Shown: piece by piece, positions 24,149 through 36,776 of the stretch
Layout of the letters: the number at the start of each line of letters is the position of its first letter
Position numbering within the stretch: position 1 is the stretch's first letter
Origin: Calcarisporiella thermophila CBS 279.70
Lineage: Eukaryota > Fungi > Calcarisporiellomycota
Direction: 5' to 3'
Assembly (NCBI RefSeq): GCF_041956535.1
Contig: NW_027192203.1
Span: forward strand, 372,001-436,000
DNA: 64,000 bases
The notes under the pieces: model-generated
What the model was told of the DNA's origin: nothing
Seen by the model: the letters and a program-made list of their open reading frames with translations, nothing else
Databases searched by the model: none
Position numbers and translations under genes: made by a program

Positions 24149-26011
24149 ATGCAAAGGAAATTGAGTGAATCCCTACTTACAAAGCTACTCAAAAATCAGC
24201 CCCCAGCCTGCCGCAGCTGTCGCACTCGCCGTGTTGGATGCGATCGTACGCAACCCAAGTGTGAGCGCTGTCGCAAGGGAAATACTCAATGCTTATATAA
24301 AAAGCCTAAAGTGCCTTTATCAGGCAAAGAATGCGATGAGCTCCAGAGTTATTGGAAAGAAGAGTTTGAAGAATTGGATGATAATATTAAAGAGCTAGAG
24401 CAGACATATTCGTGGCTCGTAGATAAGCTAGCTTTTATAACGTTGCAGAGAATGTTAGAGAATCTAGCCAATCTAGACAACGATTTACTATCAGAGATAA
24501 CGAAACATCAAAACTCATGGTCAATAATGAGGTGCAATAATTCAGGCCAAGTGCAAATTGATTTGAAATTTGCGAAAGATATTTGTCGGTTAGAATCACT
24601 TTTACACAATGGTGAAGAAAATTTTGAGAGCGAACATTATGTGGAGTCTGAAGGGTTCAGATACCCGTCCATTCGCGTGCATTTTGCCGAAGATACGGCA
24701 CGACTTAAAGAGGCCATGCTCAACTCTTCTAATGAAAATTTGCCACAGTTAAAGCCTCAGCGCATTGATCTCATAATTGATCATTTGGTGAATGTCTATT
24801 TTAAATGCTATCATCCATTCTGTCCAGTTCTTCATGAACCATCTTTCCGGGATGCCTATAATAATTCCAATCCAGATCCATCGTTTCTCTCAATGGTATA
24901 TGCCATCTGCGCCTATGTTGCCAAACACGCATGCAAGATACATTCTCATGGGAAGGCTAATCTAAATGGAGTACCATCAAATGTTCTTGAAGAATACTTT
25001 TACAATAAGTCTCGCGAGTTTCTCTCGCACTGTCTTGAAGACTCGTCACTCTACACTATATGTGCATTGATTTTCTTATCGGAGTTCTTGTACTACGATA
25101 GAGATCGGGAAAGTCAGCGTCGAATTTTTATAGAGCTGGCCTCCTCTAAGTTTGAATTGATGATCTGGGACCATAGACATTCATACCCTCCGCTCGAATA
25201 TGATTGCAATATCGAGGACTATTTTCATAGGGGCTATGAAGATGATCAAATGAAGGTGGAGCTGCTTCACCGCATTCGATGGTATATAGCCGATTTTGAG
25301 TGCATCATGGACGATCGGATACGCTGCCATCAAAAATCATCAGCCCCTATGCCTAGTCCACAGGCAGATGAAAATATGCTTATACGAGAGTCGATTCTCT
25401 ATTGGAGGTCATGCATTGACCTATATACTATCCAGGATGAAATTGACATTTTATTTGACAAAGATCTCTCCTCGAAGGATGCTTGGGAATTTGCAATGGG
25501 TTTGGTGCCAAAACTCCGAGCATGGTTAAAGAAGTTACTCCATACTTTGCAGCCCCATAACATCTTTCAACTCGAAGAGGCATCCCTACATACTCTACTA
25601 GCTCTAGGACAATACTATACTATATTACTTAAACTGCACTGTGCTTTTATTCCTGACGAATCTCAGACTTATATACCCGATGATCTAATCTCAAAGGGCT
25701 TCGAAAATGCTCATCACTTGTTACAAGTTATAGCGGTGATACAACGGTGCGAGGGATGCTATTTCCCTCTACCCTTCATCACGCAGATCTGCGATTTTGT
25801 TTTCAGGATGCTGCATATCGTTCCGCACCATCGAAGTTTATACCCCTTGTCAGTCCATCTATATAGTTTGTTATGGCGCTCAAAACACTATAGGGCTCGG
25901 GTTTCACAGTGTCTGAATTGTGTGAGCTCTTTGGAGGCTACAATGGACAAATATGGAATTCCTCTTGTAGCGGAAGAGAGTCCCACCGATGATATCCTAA
26001 CGCCTGACTAA
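24149..26011 (+). CDS. Zn(II)2Cys6 transcription factor with a fungal-TF middle domain; intronless, 620 aa
   Basis: ACRSCRTRRVGCDRTQPKCERCRKGNTQCLY; HLVNVYFKCYHPFCPVLHEPSF middle-homology motif. Confidence 0.93.
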   Translation: MQRKLSESLLTKLLKNQPPACRSCRTRRVGCDRTQPKCERCRKGNTQCLYKKPKVPLSGKECDELQSYWKEEFEELDDNIKELEQTYSWLVDKLAFITLQRMLENLANLDNDLLSEITKHQNSWSIMRCNNSGQVQIDLKFAKDICRLESLLHNGEENFESEHYVESEGFRYPSIRVHFAEDTARLKEAMLNSSNENLPQLKPQRIDLIIDHLVNVYFKCYHPFCPVLHEPSFRDAYNNSNPDPSFLSMVYAICAYVAKHACKIHSHGKANLNGVPSNVLEEYFYNKSREFLSHCLEDSSLYTICALIFLSEFLYYDRDRESQRRIFIELASSKFELMIWDHRHSYPPLEYDCNIEDYFHRGYEDDQMKVELLHRIRWYIADFECIMDDRIRCHQKSSAPMPSPQADENMLIRESILYWRSCIDLYTIQDEIDILFDKDLSSKDAWEFAMGLVPKLRAWLKKLLHTLQPHNIFQLEEASLHTLLALGQYYTILLKLHCAFIPDESQTYIPDDLISKGFENAHHLLQVIAVIQRCEGCYFPLPFITQICDFVFRMLHIVPHHRSLYPLSVHLYSLLWRSKHYRARVSQCLNCVSSLEATMDKYGIPLVAEESPTDDILTPD

Positions 26012-26302
26012 ATAGTGTATTGTCTTTCCCCTCCAGCGACTCTTTGCTTGTATTATCTAATGGAAAGAGTACTACTTTATATCATTGTAGTTTAACTATT
26101 GAGTCTATTGTATGACACATATCTACACAGTATATATCACATTTTAGTTTAAATATTTGGCACTATCTTTCTCTTGACACTATCCATCCACTCGTTCTTT
26201 TCTCTGCTTCCACCCTCATACTCTTTTCATACGTTGGATTCTTTGAGATTGTTGGAAATGCATCCTATAAGCAAAAGCCATAGGTCTTTACCTTGCTTAT
26301 AC

Positions 26303-27193
26303 TCATGACTCCTTCGTCTCTGCATCCTTGTTAACGAAATACTCCACACAAATCTTACACCCAACAGCTGGTCCGACTAAACTTAACCAGCTCCTCATGT
26401 ATTTTCCCGTATCGTTTACCCCACTGTCTCTATGTCCATTTCTCTCCATGGGCATTCCACTGATGGAAGATAATAGTGTTTGTGTCTCACATGGATGCAC
26501 ATAATAGAAAGGCGTTCTAAAATAAGGGTGATCGGATTGGGTAACGCCACTGCCAAAGCGGAGCTGCTGTAGAGGAGTGTGATATTCTGCAGGTATAAGA
26601 TATGTGTAGATCTGTGAAAGAGTAAGCGGGGTACCATCTGTGGCAAAACGTATTTGTATGAATAAAAATGGAGAATGAGATTACTAAACGAACATAAGAA
26701 TCATCTTGTGGATTTACTGGAAAAATAAGCGTTAAAGTAGAGCACAGGCACTTGATAACTGGAAGAATACAGTATATGGTAGGTGACTGTAAGAGTCTCT
26801 AAAGCATCCCCTCTCTACATCATATTCACAAGTTAGTCAAAGATACATCCATAATTAAGTTTTCTACAAGAATTCAAGAAAAATCTTCTTACGAACGACA
26901 CCATATCTTCTTCTTCTACTACATTAGGATCTGCGTACACATCTAGCTTTTCCCAGTCATGTTTCACGGGAATGACGAGCTTTTTTTCTAAGAATCCATC
27001 TCTATTCGCGCCATGATTCTATACACCGTAGAGATGAGGAAAAACGTATCAAAATCTCTAGATATACTTGTTCACGATCTACTTGTTCAATCCAATGCCA
27101 GTGATCTCCTACGTGTTCAGATTGCCGAAGAAATTCCTGAGAGGAAGCGTAGAATTCGGGCCACGATAAACTTGGGTACCGCTGAATTATCAT
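26303..27193 (-). CDS. ATG10: Autophagy E2-like enzyme Atg10; 4 exons
   Basis: YPSLSWPEF, TYHILYSSSYQVPVLYF, TQSDHPYFRTPFYYVHPCET (catalytic HPC), YMRSWLSLVG. Confidence 0.9.
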
Positions 27194-27411
27194 TTCTAAG
27201 TGAATTCCACTAATTAATTTCAAAGGTAAAATTGGCACTAATTTTTTTTTATTTTTTTTTTAGTAGATATTGTGGGAATACCTAGCACTATATTACACTA
27301 AACTAAATTAAACGAACACATCGGAGAGAATTTTCGAAATGTTTGCTACAATACTTGGTTCGAATCCCATTGCAAGGTGGTAGTGCCGACAACTAAGAAA
27401 GGCACTGATGC

Positions 27412-29855
27412 CTATTCAACGCTGCACAGCCTGAACCCAGCAAAGACATATGGGTACCCCTTCTGATACCAGTTCCTAAAAGATCGCCTGTGAGCAATGC
27501 GCGGATGGGTGGCCCAGCTGCCTCCAAGGCAGACCACATGTTTTCGATCAAAGAAATCGGCGCTATACCCGGGGTAGAGCTCTGATGGTTTGAAGCCTTG
27601 GAACCGCTCCCATAGGGTCGAGGTCCATTCCCAAACGTCGGAGACAAATTGGTCAGCAACGGGGGTGGGATGCCAGTATCGGAACCCAATGTTTTGCACT
27701 TTGACGCCCTCGATCTCTTTCTCATCAGAATTCAACGATTTTTCCTCCTTCAGTTTCCTCTCAAACACGTCCCGCGCCATAACCCATTCTTCCTCGCTAG
27801 GCAACCGCATTCCAACCCAATCGGCATATGCCTCCGCTTGCGCTTGGGAGCAGGTCACCGGCCACTCGCTCACGGTTTCCAGGGGAACTGCCCCAAACAC
27901 CGTCCGAACCTTAAAACGGAACTTGCTCGGTTCTCCCACAGGCACCCAAGATTGCGGGTAATCCTTGTTCACAGTTGCGATCAAAAAGCGCAGGTATTCT
28001 GCGTTTGTGACGGGGCGGGTCTGGATGCGGAATGGAGCGACGGTACAGGAGCGCACTGGATTCTCGTTATCCCAGCCGAATGGAAGTTCCAGTGGAGCTT
28101 CGTCGTCGAGAAGTTCTGAATCCTCGTGACCAAGCTGAATCTGCCCGCCCTCAATGCTAATAAGTGCAGAGGGTGGAGGGACCTCCACCTTCGTTGATTC
28201 CACCCCGTCAACTTGATCTTCACCCCCCTTCTGCAGAAGAGTTTGCGCCCAAATGGGCGGCACAACCCCTTTAGGTGGAAGTGTTTCTGGCGATTGCAAT
28301 AACATGTACAAGAACGTCTCTAAATGCATAGCCTCATGCTCGAATGCCATCCACAAGTATCTCCCGGCTCGTCTTGTCAACTTTTTCTCGCTCTCCAAAT
28401 AGTGCAGTAATCGTGTTCGCACCTGATCGCGGTACTCTAAGATATTTTCGGCAGCAGGCCACTCGTCTGGCACTCTTGAATGGGGGTGGCAATGTGACGG
28501 ATCGTCCATGTCGGGATCAATTCCCCTCTCGAATATCTCTCCATAGTCTGGTCGAATCCGAGGTTCCCCGAGGCAGTGGGAGAGTTGAATATCGAGAAAA
28601 GCTGGAATATGGCCGAAATAGAATATACACGGGTGACGTAGATCAATCGGTTTTTGGAGATGCATGGTGGTTGGGATCATGGTGGTTGTAACCGTATCCC
28701 AAGCGCTCCACAGCTCTTCCCATTCTTCACGCGTTGGAACCGATCCTTTAGGCTTGGGGCAGAAGAATGGCCCACGATATAGAAGATGTAGGTCGTAGCG
28801 CTCCTCAGTTTCGGTCCAAGTCATGGCATGGGACAATCCCGCAGTTTCGAACAGTGAGATGAGCTCCTCGACATCGTATTTATATGAATACTCGACATTA
28901 ATCATCTCATTCTTTGCAATATGAAAAGTTTGATCTTTGTGGGACAAGGTCTGGTCGCAAAGGGAGCGATAGTAGGCTTCATGACGACCCTGTTTCTCAT
29001 TATAATAAGAGACATATTCGAATTGATTCCTATCAATGAAATTGTGTCCGAGGATATTATTAATATGATCGAGACCATTCATAATAAACTCTCGTGTCAC
29101 TCCGCGCGGGTCATTATACGCGACGCTTATCAACTCTGGATCGTTGCGGCGATCCACTCCCAACAGAACCATATCGCCAGCGTTCATAACGCGATCACGA
29201 TAAGAACGTAGGAAGGCGGCACCATCTTCTCGATTATAATTTCCGATAGAGGATCCAATCCACATTACGATCTTGGACTGCTCGGGGGGGAGCTTGGAGC
29301 AGTAGGCGATTCCATCCTCATACGTTCCAAGCAAGCCAACGAGCCGTATGTTGGAGAAGCTGCCCAGCGATGCAAGTGACTTTTCAAGCTCTTGCTGCAT
29401 CACATCAAGGGCATAATAGGTGATGTTTTTACATTTTTTTTCAACTGCTTTGAGAACAAGCTGTGTCTTGCGGAGGGACCTAAGAGGGAAAAAAGAAGGC
29501 GAGAGGTCAATAGGGTTTTCTTACTGCCCGACTGCAAGAGAAATACAAACCCAGCACCCAACTCAATCAGAGCGGACCCATCTTTTACATATTGCTGAAT
29601 TTCATCCACGTAATTTTCCAACACATTTATCTCTGCATTGGTCAAATAATATTCTTCCAGATAGGTAATTTCATCAAACAACTGAAGACCACGATCGTCA
29701 TAGAGCACCAGGGTAGGAATGGTCTTTGGCTCCTGTTGTAGCCCTTTGAAAACCTCAGTTACAAGCTCGAATTGATGAAATTCAGCAGAACGAATATCGA
29801 TAATGTCGTAAGGTTTGATCCGAGGATCCCCTGATTCGTTAGGTGATGGATGCAT
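27412..29855 (-). CDS. EGT1: Ergothioneine biosynthesis protein Egt1 (EgtD-like histidine methyltransferase fused to a DinB/FGE sulfoxide synthase); 1 intron
   Basis: PTLVLYDDRGLQLFDEITYLEEYYLTNAE, IELGAG|SLRKT, GSSIGN, AYNDPRGVTREFIMNGL, KPIDLRHPCIFYFGHIP, FEHEAMHLE, WDNE, YPGYSADFFD, RSFRNWYQ. Confidence 0.96.
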
Positions 29856-30603
29856 GGTGAAGAAATTTGTGATAATAATAAAAGGGAGTGAATGCTCTAG
29901 AGAGGCCTTTGAGAATCGTTTGCGAGTCCGTGGTGGCGAATATTATTTCTCGAAAAGTCGCGACTGTGGGGTGGATAGATAAAGGGGAGAGAATTTCACG
30001 ATTGATGAAGCGTGTCTGGAATTCAGAATATCAAAGCATAAAATGGCGATTCAAGCATTCGTGGAGTAGCCAAGATAACAATATATATAGGTAGATTATC
30101 ATATGGAGGCTCTCCCTTTGCCACCCAGTCAGATAGCGTGCGAATTTCTTACGCTGGATCGAACCCCCTTGTGTTCAACTCAGATTAACTCCAGATCGCC
30201 GACAAACGGCGCTATTTATTGATTTTTCCTTCAGGTTCTTTCGCCCTATCAACCAGGAGAGGGGGAGCTCCCCTGTGGCCATCCCTCCAAACCATTCCCT
30301 CCCCCCACTACTGCAACGTGGAGAGAGCTTCTCTACAACCTTATTTTCAATCTCCTCTGAGAGACTTTTTATTTTGTTTTGCTTTTTTCTTTTTGTGTTT
30401 ACGCCGCGTGTTGATTAATAATAGCATGACTTTACTCGGCCATTACGTAAAGTACAGAATTAAACCCGCCTAATCCATCCCCGATCACTTGTGCTTATCG
30501 TGACTTTTAATAATATAGAGTTATATACAATGCCATTCACACTCCAAGCTATGTTCATATCGGTGACTACATCTCCCATCAGTGCGTTCGCCTCCCGTCT
30601 GCT

Positions 30604-31222
30604 TCAGACGTGGCCGTTCGGAGCCTGGCTTTCATTTTCAGCAGTAGGTTGCTGCTCTTCCTTCTCCTGCAACAGGGTCTGCGGATTCCGATAATATCTC
30701 CAGTGCCAGTATTGTGTTTTATGTATGAACGTTGCCGCCTCCTGAGTTATCAACGCGTCACGGAAGCTCGGGTACTGGAGGAGGTCAAGGAAGTAGAGCG
30801 CGTGAGGGTATCTGTGAGGGACATGAATACACACAAAAGCACCTTATTAGCGATGCATAGACGAGAGAAAAAACCGAAAACATATGGCGCAAAACAAATA
30901 AAATCACAATCATAAATGAGAGAACTAACATGATGAATTTTGCATATTCAGGTCGCTTCCAATATTGTAGATATTCAAGATAGTTGATGAATGCGGGATC
31001 TTTAAGGTACTCGAGCTGTGCAAGATCTAATATTTTGCGATTACCCATTAGTATTAGCAGAACTCTAATATTGAGAACGCCAACATTCGATCTCATTGCT
31101 TAGCTTAATTGCCTAGATGCTAGCAAGTACTCACAGTTCAAATACCAGGGATTGGATAGACACTGCACGAATTCAAGCTCGATCTCAAATCTGCGCTGCT
31201 TTTCTTCATCTGTTTCTGGCAT
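30604..31222 (-). CDS. MED31: Mediator subunit Med31/Soh1; 3 exons
   Basis: [63 protein letters not shown]. Confidence 0.96.
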
Positions 31223-31517
31223 CTTATAATAAAATACCTTTCGTTTGTTGAGGAACAGAGAATTTAAGATTATGTGTGGCTTAGATTTTTTATTTCGAAT
31301 ATCCGCTTTAATGAGAATATATCTTTGGTTTCTAACCTGAAGATGCATCAGATTTCACCAAGAAGAAATCAAGCGATTCAGACTGCCTTTGATAAAATGT
31401 GAGCTATCAATGTGTGTTGGTTCTCCACTTTTTAGCTAATCTCTGCATTTATTATCTAGCTATGAGCGTTATAAGAGCGAGAAACAAAGATGCGCACACC
31501 AGTTGTCCACTAAAGAC

Positions 31518-32396
31518 ATGTGTAGCGCCAAATTGCCATCGTCAAAATCTGACGCGTCAAATTGGAACGATGCAACATATTTTACTGATTCCAATGCATT
31601 CACGTCTAAATCATCTGTGAAATCCTCTCCTAAATCCGAAAACATATATCAAGAATACGATGAGCACAGCTCAAAATACCCAAAAGTTGAGTCACCAGGC
31701 AACGAATCCGATTCAAACGCATTTCATCCAAATTCTGGTAATTATCGCACAAGGGGCGAAACATTGTCAACTCATGCAAAGCGCCCTATGAGTCAAGAGC
31801 CTGCAGAGGTCGATGACTCCAATGGAGAAACTAGTGGACAGACAGAGCCCGATTGTAAAAGACGCTTGACAGAAGATCCCGTTCCAAATTCGTCCTCGCT
31901 CCCCGCATCCTCCCATACTTTTCCTTATTCTGCTGCGCAGTTACTCCCTCTTCCCCCTGTTCCCCTCCCCGTTCTCCCGCCCAATCCGCTTGCCCCAACC
32001 AATGGCCCAAGGAGACGTGGTCGAAGACCAAACCATGTTAGATTACTTATGCAACAACAGCAACAGCAGCTTGCTCTTATTGAATCGGCATATAGGCAAC
32101 AAGCAGATCAACTACGCTATGGATGGAGAAAGGACGATAATACGATGGGATTCTGTATTCAGTATAAATACCCAAAGACCAATGTATTGGCCTTTAGACC
32201 TGGGAGAACCGAACGAGCTTGGCAACAGGTAAAGAATGCACCCAGGATAGACTTGAACGAACTATGGGCGTGGCATACTCGATTGGCTAGGCGTAGTGGG
32301 ATGAACTCTAAGCCCAGGAATAAGGAGACGTCGCGTGACGCGAGGGAACCATTCTTGAAGAGAAATATACGCGCAGGACGCTCCATGTTTTCATAA
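31518..32396 (+). CDS. Uncharacterised intronless protein of about 290 aa; disordered Ser/Pro-rich N-half, RRRGRRP basic motif, poly-Q, basic C-terminal region
   Basis: Long uninterrupted ORF with protein-like low complexity, divergent from MED31; no family recognised. Confidence 0.65.
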   Translation: MCSAKLPSSKSDASNWNDATYFTDSNAFTSKSSVKSSPKSENIYQEYDEHSSKYPKVESPGNESDSNAFHPNSGNYRTRGETLSTHAKRPMSQEPAEVDDSNGETSGQTEPDCKRRLTEDPVPNSSSLPASSHTFPYSAAQLLPLPPVPLPVLPPNPLAPTNGPRRRGRRPNHVRLLMQQQQQQLALIESAYRQQADQLRYGWRKDDNTMGFCIQYKYPKTNVLAFRPGRTERAWQQVKNAPRIDLNELWAWHTRLARRSGMNSKPRNKETSRDAREPFLKRNIRAGRSMFS

Positions 32397-34331
32397 TATG
32401 ATTTGTCAGACTCTTTTCTAACTCAAGTAACCCGTGTCCCCTTTTCTTTAAGACCTTAATATATCCTCTACTTACCATGTATTCAAGCTCATATTCGATT
32501 GTATTCAAATAGGGAGGCAAAGAAGCTACTTAAAGCCATGTTGGAAAAATGCATTTTATTAACTTATTAGCAACTGCCTCTAATGTATTTTCAAAAAGTG
32601 AATTGATATGGTTACTGACTTAAGCAGGAGTGCTTTCATGCATTTTAAATACCACGCTGTTCATAAACTATACATATGCCGTTAGTTAACTTTATATGAG
32701 AGGGGATGGAGAACTTTGCTCGAGCACGGGTCCAGCAGACGTTAAAATTCCCCAAAGCATGTGTTTAGTGTACACTTATGCTCTTCGTAAATTAGATCAT
32801 GTGAGGTGACGTATGCGCATATTCTATGTGATGCTCTCTTTCATAAATCTTGAAGATATTGCCTTCAACGCATCATGGGCATATTAGGGGGATGATTGCT
32901 CTTGGGTCATAAAAAGTGAAATTCAATTGATTATCTGTAAAGGGGCCTTAAAAAGTGAAAGCGTGAGAAAAAGTACTGCACAAATAAACAAGCTGCAATT
33001 CTGCTTTTTGATACATATATCTGAGGTTGAAGGAATATCAAGCCATCTAGTTTCATAGCTAAAGAGGGTTACTTGGAGATCACGCAATTATTGGGGAATA
33101 TGTCAAAGAATATAATAGCTTTTCATAGTTCAAAAAGTGTGTAATTTACATATCTTCAAATGAATCTCGGGATTAACCTCTCCCGAGGTGTAACCCTCTC
33201 CCTTCATTTTGATTCTTACAGTTTTTTATAAATTTAGCGAACATCTGACTCGTGAATATAACAATCGTTTATCTTCCTGAGGTTGACTGAGAGATCTAAC
33301 TTCGAAATTTCCCCTTAAACTATCATTGTAGGTTAAATATTGAATGAGTGAATGTGGGAGTAAAAATGATTGTAAACTAAACATTATATTTTCCTAAATT
33401 CCAGGAATAACTACTATTGATCACCAGAAGAAATTTAATTAAAAATCATCTTATTTTAGGTATATTAACTATGTAAATTTATACAGTCAAATTTGAAGTG
33501 CAGTGTGAAGCAGTAATTTTGTTTAATTTTTCCTGAATTTCCAACAGCATTGGATACTACAGATAGGTTTCACTTAGAACAGCTATGAAAAGCTCGCATA
33601 TATATTCACGTGTAAGCAACTGCAAAGCCTAAGGCCAGAACATAATAACGGCGGTAGTGAATTGATTCACTGTACTCTTTTTTTCAAAAGCTCTCGTCAT
33701 ATATAATGAAGGTAAATGTATTAGAATCATCATTTCACTTAGAATTTACCAATGACTTGGTCACAATTTTTCGATATTCTACATAAGCTCAGGATTATAG
33801 AGGAGGACTTTAATTCCCATGTATCACCTACTGGCTTCTATCCAAGGTAGTGTATGGTTCACATCTATCTATAAATATAAACTAACCTAACGCACATAAA
33901 TAGGGTTCCAACAATAAGAGGTATCAGTAGTATTTCAAGCGGGGTCTTATAGTATCAAGGATTTTTCCGAATAGGGTCTAAGCTAAATAAAAAATCTTAT
34001 ATATACTTCAAAACAACTTGGTAGTCCATTAACGCTACTATGCCTTTAAGGGAAGTTGAAAATGTGTTATTCATTAGAAGTGGGGGGAAAGTTCGGTAAA
34101 GTACTGTTGAAAATTACAAAACCTCGGATTCAATCGAGAGGTATATTCGGTAGAGAGAGATGGGCCTCATAGTCTGAAAAAGGATCGAGAGATTTAAAGT
34201 TTCAGATTTTGTGATGCTTAGTATCATACGAGTTGAAATATATTCGTCCATACGCCACGAGTCTACGTCAATTTCTCCACAGTGATATATCAGCTGTGAA
34301 AGAGGGGAAAAGTAAAAATGCTCAAAGTGCG

Positions 34332-36165
34332 ATGAATCGCACTCATTATTGCACTTGCAAACTGAAATGTGCATTTGGCAGTCGCATTGGACAGTGGGTC
34401 GATATTGATACATTTACTCTACATCAGCGAGAGGAGAGACGTCTTTTAGCAGTTCTTACAGCCCACGGTAAATCAAATTTCGAGGATGAGAAAGAGAATG
34501 ATGCCACCCAATTAAGTGGCGACTCTGAAAGCATCGCTGCAAGTGAAAATACAGTAACTGGCCAATTGAATAGTGTCGAAATTAAGGCCTCGGTCGACCG
34601 CAATTCTCTAAATAATAATATAAATGGCGCGAGAGCAAAAGGGGATAATCCTGTAGGAGCTGCAAGAGTTGGATATACAGCAAACTCCTTGTATATTAGC
34701 GAAGCCATCGCAACAGATGAAGAAAATCATTCTAGTTATTCTGGCGGTCAACCAAGCGACCGGTACGCATCTAATGCGTTGTTTTGTAATTCCGAGAATG
34801 ATAAGGTAGAACTTGCATCATTTAATAGCATTATGCTGATTGTAAAAGCAAATATGCGTTATTTTTTTTTTTACGTTCTATTCAGAACATTCATTGGAGA
34901 AGTGAATCGTTTGGAAATTTATTCACTGATCTCTTTCGTCGCATCAAGAGTCTAGAAGTAAGTCGCGGTATATTAGAAAAAAATTTTGGTGTATTACAAG
35001 ATAGCTACGCAAAATTGAACGCGCAACATCAAAGATTACAAGAGCAACACCACCAACTATTGATGGCCTTCCAGGTATTCTACTGTGACATATTTATAAG
35101 TGTTTGTGTTCAGTATTTATGTATACATTGATGTATGCATCTAGAACATAAAATGCCAACTTTCTGTGGAAAAACATAATCTTTTGGACCGTGTAGGCGG
35201 CGGGGCAGGGTGTACAAGAGGGGAGCCGGCACCATTGTCAGACTCACAAATCTTTCAAGGTGAATCACGAGCGCCTAAGCGGAAGCGATTAGAGGTATCA
35301 AATGATGAAAGACTGCTGCTAGCGGTGAGCAAGGTTGAAGACTATCGGGTTAACCTACAAGTGGCTGATCTTTCATATACTATAGAGTACTCTTCACGAA
35401 ATCTATCGCTCTATCATTACTGAAAATCCAGAGGAAGATTTTGATTTTGGTGCCAAATTTTACTCCGCTAACAACTTGCCCATTATTAAAAAAATAACCT
35501 CGCGAGTATCCACCAAGGCTGAAGCCGCAGGGTTCACATTCGATGACTCTGACATCTGTGACTCCTTGAGCAAGTATTACGAGCATTTGAAACGCGAAAA
35601 GAAAGATCCTCCTGAAAAGCGCGCTTGGCTGCAGCAACGTCGAAGGAGAACGAATCGGAGACACTCCAAACGAACAAGACGTCAAAAAACCCTTTTGAAG
35701 AGGGCATGTGATTTCGCAAAGGCTCATGGCTTGACGTACCGCGTGGAAAACTTCGAACAACTAATTGAACTGGATAGAGTTTTGAATGAGAGGCGATTGC
35801 GTGACCCTCTTTTGGCGAGGGATTATTCTGCTTATATCCCCCTATTTGACAACGTTGAGCTGATGTCACCCGAAATATCGGACGAGGAAGAGTGGTGTGA
35901 AGAGGGTATAAAAACATTGTCATCAGAAACGGTGGCTATGCAAGCGTCGATACAAGAAGTGCAGCCAAAAGTGAAGGTCAAGAAACGGCTAGTTATTGGA
36001 AGAAGCAAGGAAGTGAGCCAATTTTTTAGATTCCTCGATTCTCTTGCTAGGGAGAACACAGTGAAGGAGCTGATAACTCACCCAGTCGACCCTCACCATG
36101 TACACCTAACCGAGGGCTTCCCGGATTGGGCCTACTCATCATGGCTCCAACAGAGGGAGGAATAA
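34332..36165 (+). CDS. 540-aa protein, possibly derived from a DNA-transposon accessory gene; exons 34332-34805, 34886-35074, 35145-35324, 35386-36165
   Basis: Three phase-0 GT-AG introns give one open frame of 1623 nt; N-terminal HYCTCKLKC...G...H; coiled coil; C-terminal RRRRTNRRHSKRTRR, LMSPEISDEEE, RSKEVSQFFRFLD. Confidence 0.7.
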
Positions 36166-36509
36166 AAGGGCATAGAGAGGGGAGTATCGGACGTAAGCTT
36201 TTACCCCTTATTGTTCATTTTGATGGCCACCGGATCACCGCTGCGAGTCACTTTTATATTGCTTTTATTATTTATAATACATTAACTGCAAGATGAGTAT
36301 ATATATATAATGTCATTAATGGAGGATGAGGTTTGGCCAATCCAGCGACCCTGTATTTAAAATGCAGTATTATTACATCTTTCGATTTTAAAAAACCTAT
36401 GGAAGCATCCACGTGTACACAATAAGCCACCGTTCTTATCTCGATGGATACTCTGGCTCGGCTTTCATTTTCTTCACACCCGTTCCGAATCACTTTTAAC
36501 GAACACATC

Positions 36510-36776
36510 ATGAAGAAGATCTCTCAACTGCTGGTCATAACTTTGGGCACACTCGTGGGCACAGCGGGTGGCTTCTACGTCTTTCAGGCACACAAGGTCA
36601 AGATCAAAGTAAGAGGCGTTCCATAATCACTCGCATTTTTGTAGACGATGATTAGCTCTGGGTTTTTAATTCTCGTTTAACTTCGCATGTAGGAGGAGCG
36701 ACTGGGTCTGTTATTAGAGCGCACAAAGTTTGATCTTGAATCCCAAAAGGAGGACAAGGCTGGAGCAGCAACGTGA
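36510..36776 (+). CDS. 60-aa single-TM microprotein; intron 36609-36692
   Basis: MKKISQLLVITLGTLVGTAGGFYVFQAHKVKIK|EERLGLLLERTKFDLESQKEDKAGAAT*; GTAAGA donor, TTAAC branch, TGTAG acceptor. Confidence 0.65.

Noticed and set aside
27357-27368. GGTTCGAATCCC tRNA T-loop / B-box-like motif
   Set aside because: No 5-bp T-stem, acceptor stem or D-arm around it; lies in the EGT1 3' region
30152-30170. GGTTCGATCC on the minus strand
   Set aside because: Flanks do not form a tRNA cloverleaf
32308-32540. LPPYLNTIEY on the minus strand, reminiscent of the Tc1/IS630 LPPYSPDLNPIE motif
   Set aside because: The SPD core is missing and no other DDE motifs are visible; too weak without a profile search
33482-33674. 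TACAGT...ACTGTA ends suggesting a Tc1/pogo-type MITE
   Set aside because: Inverted match extends only about 6-9 bp and there is no second copy in the window
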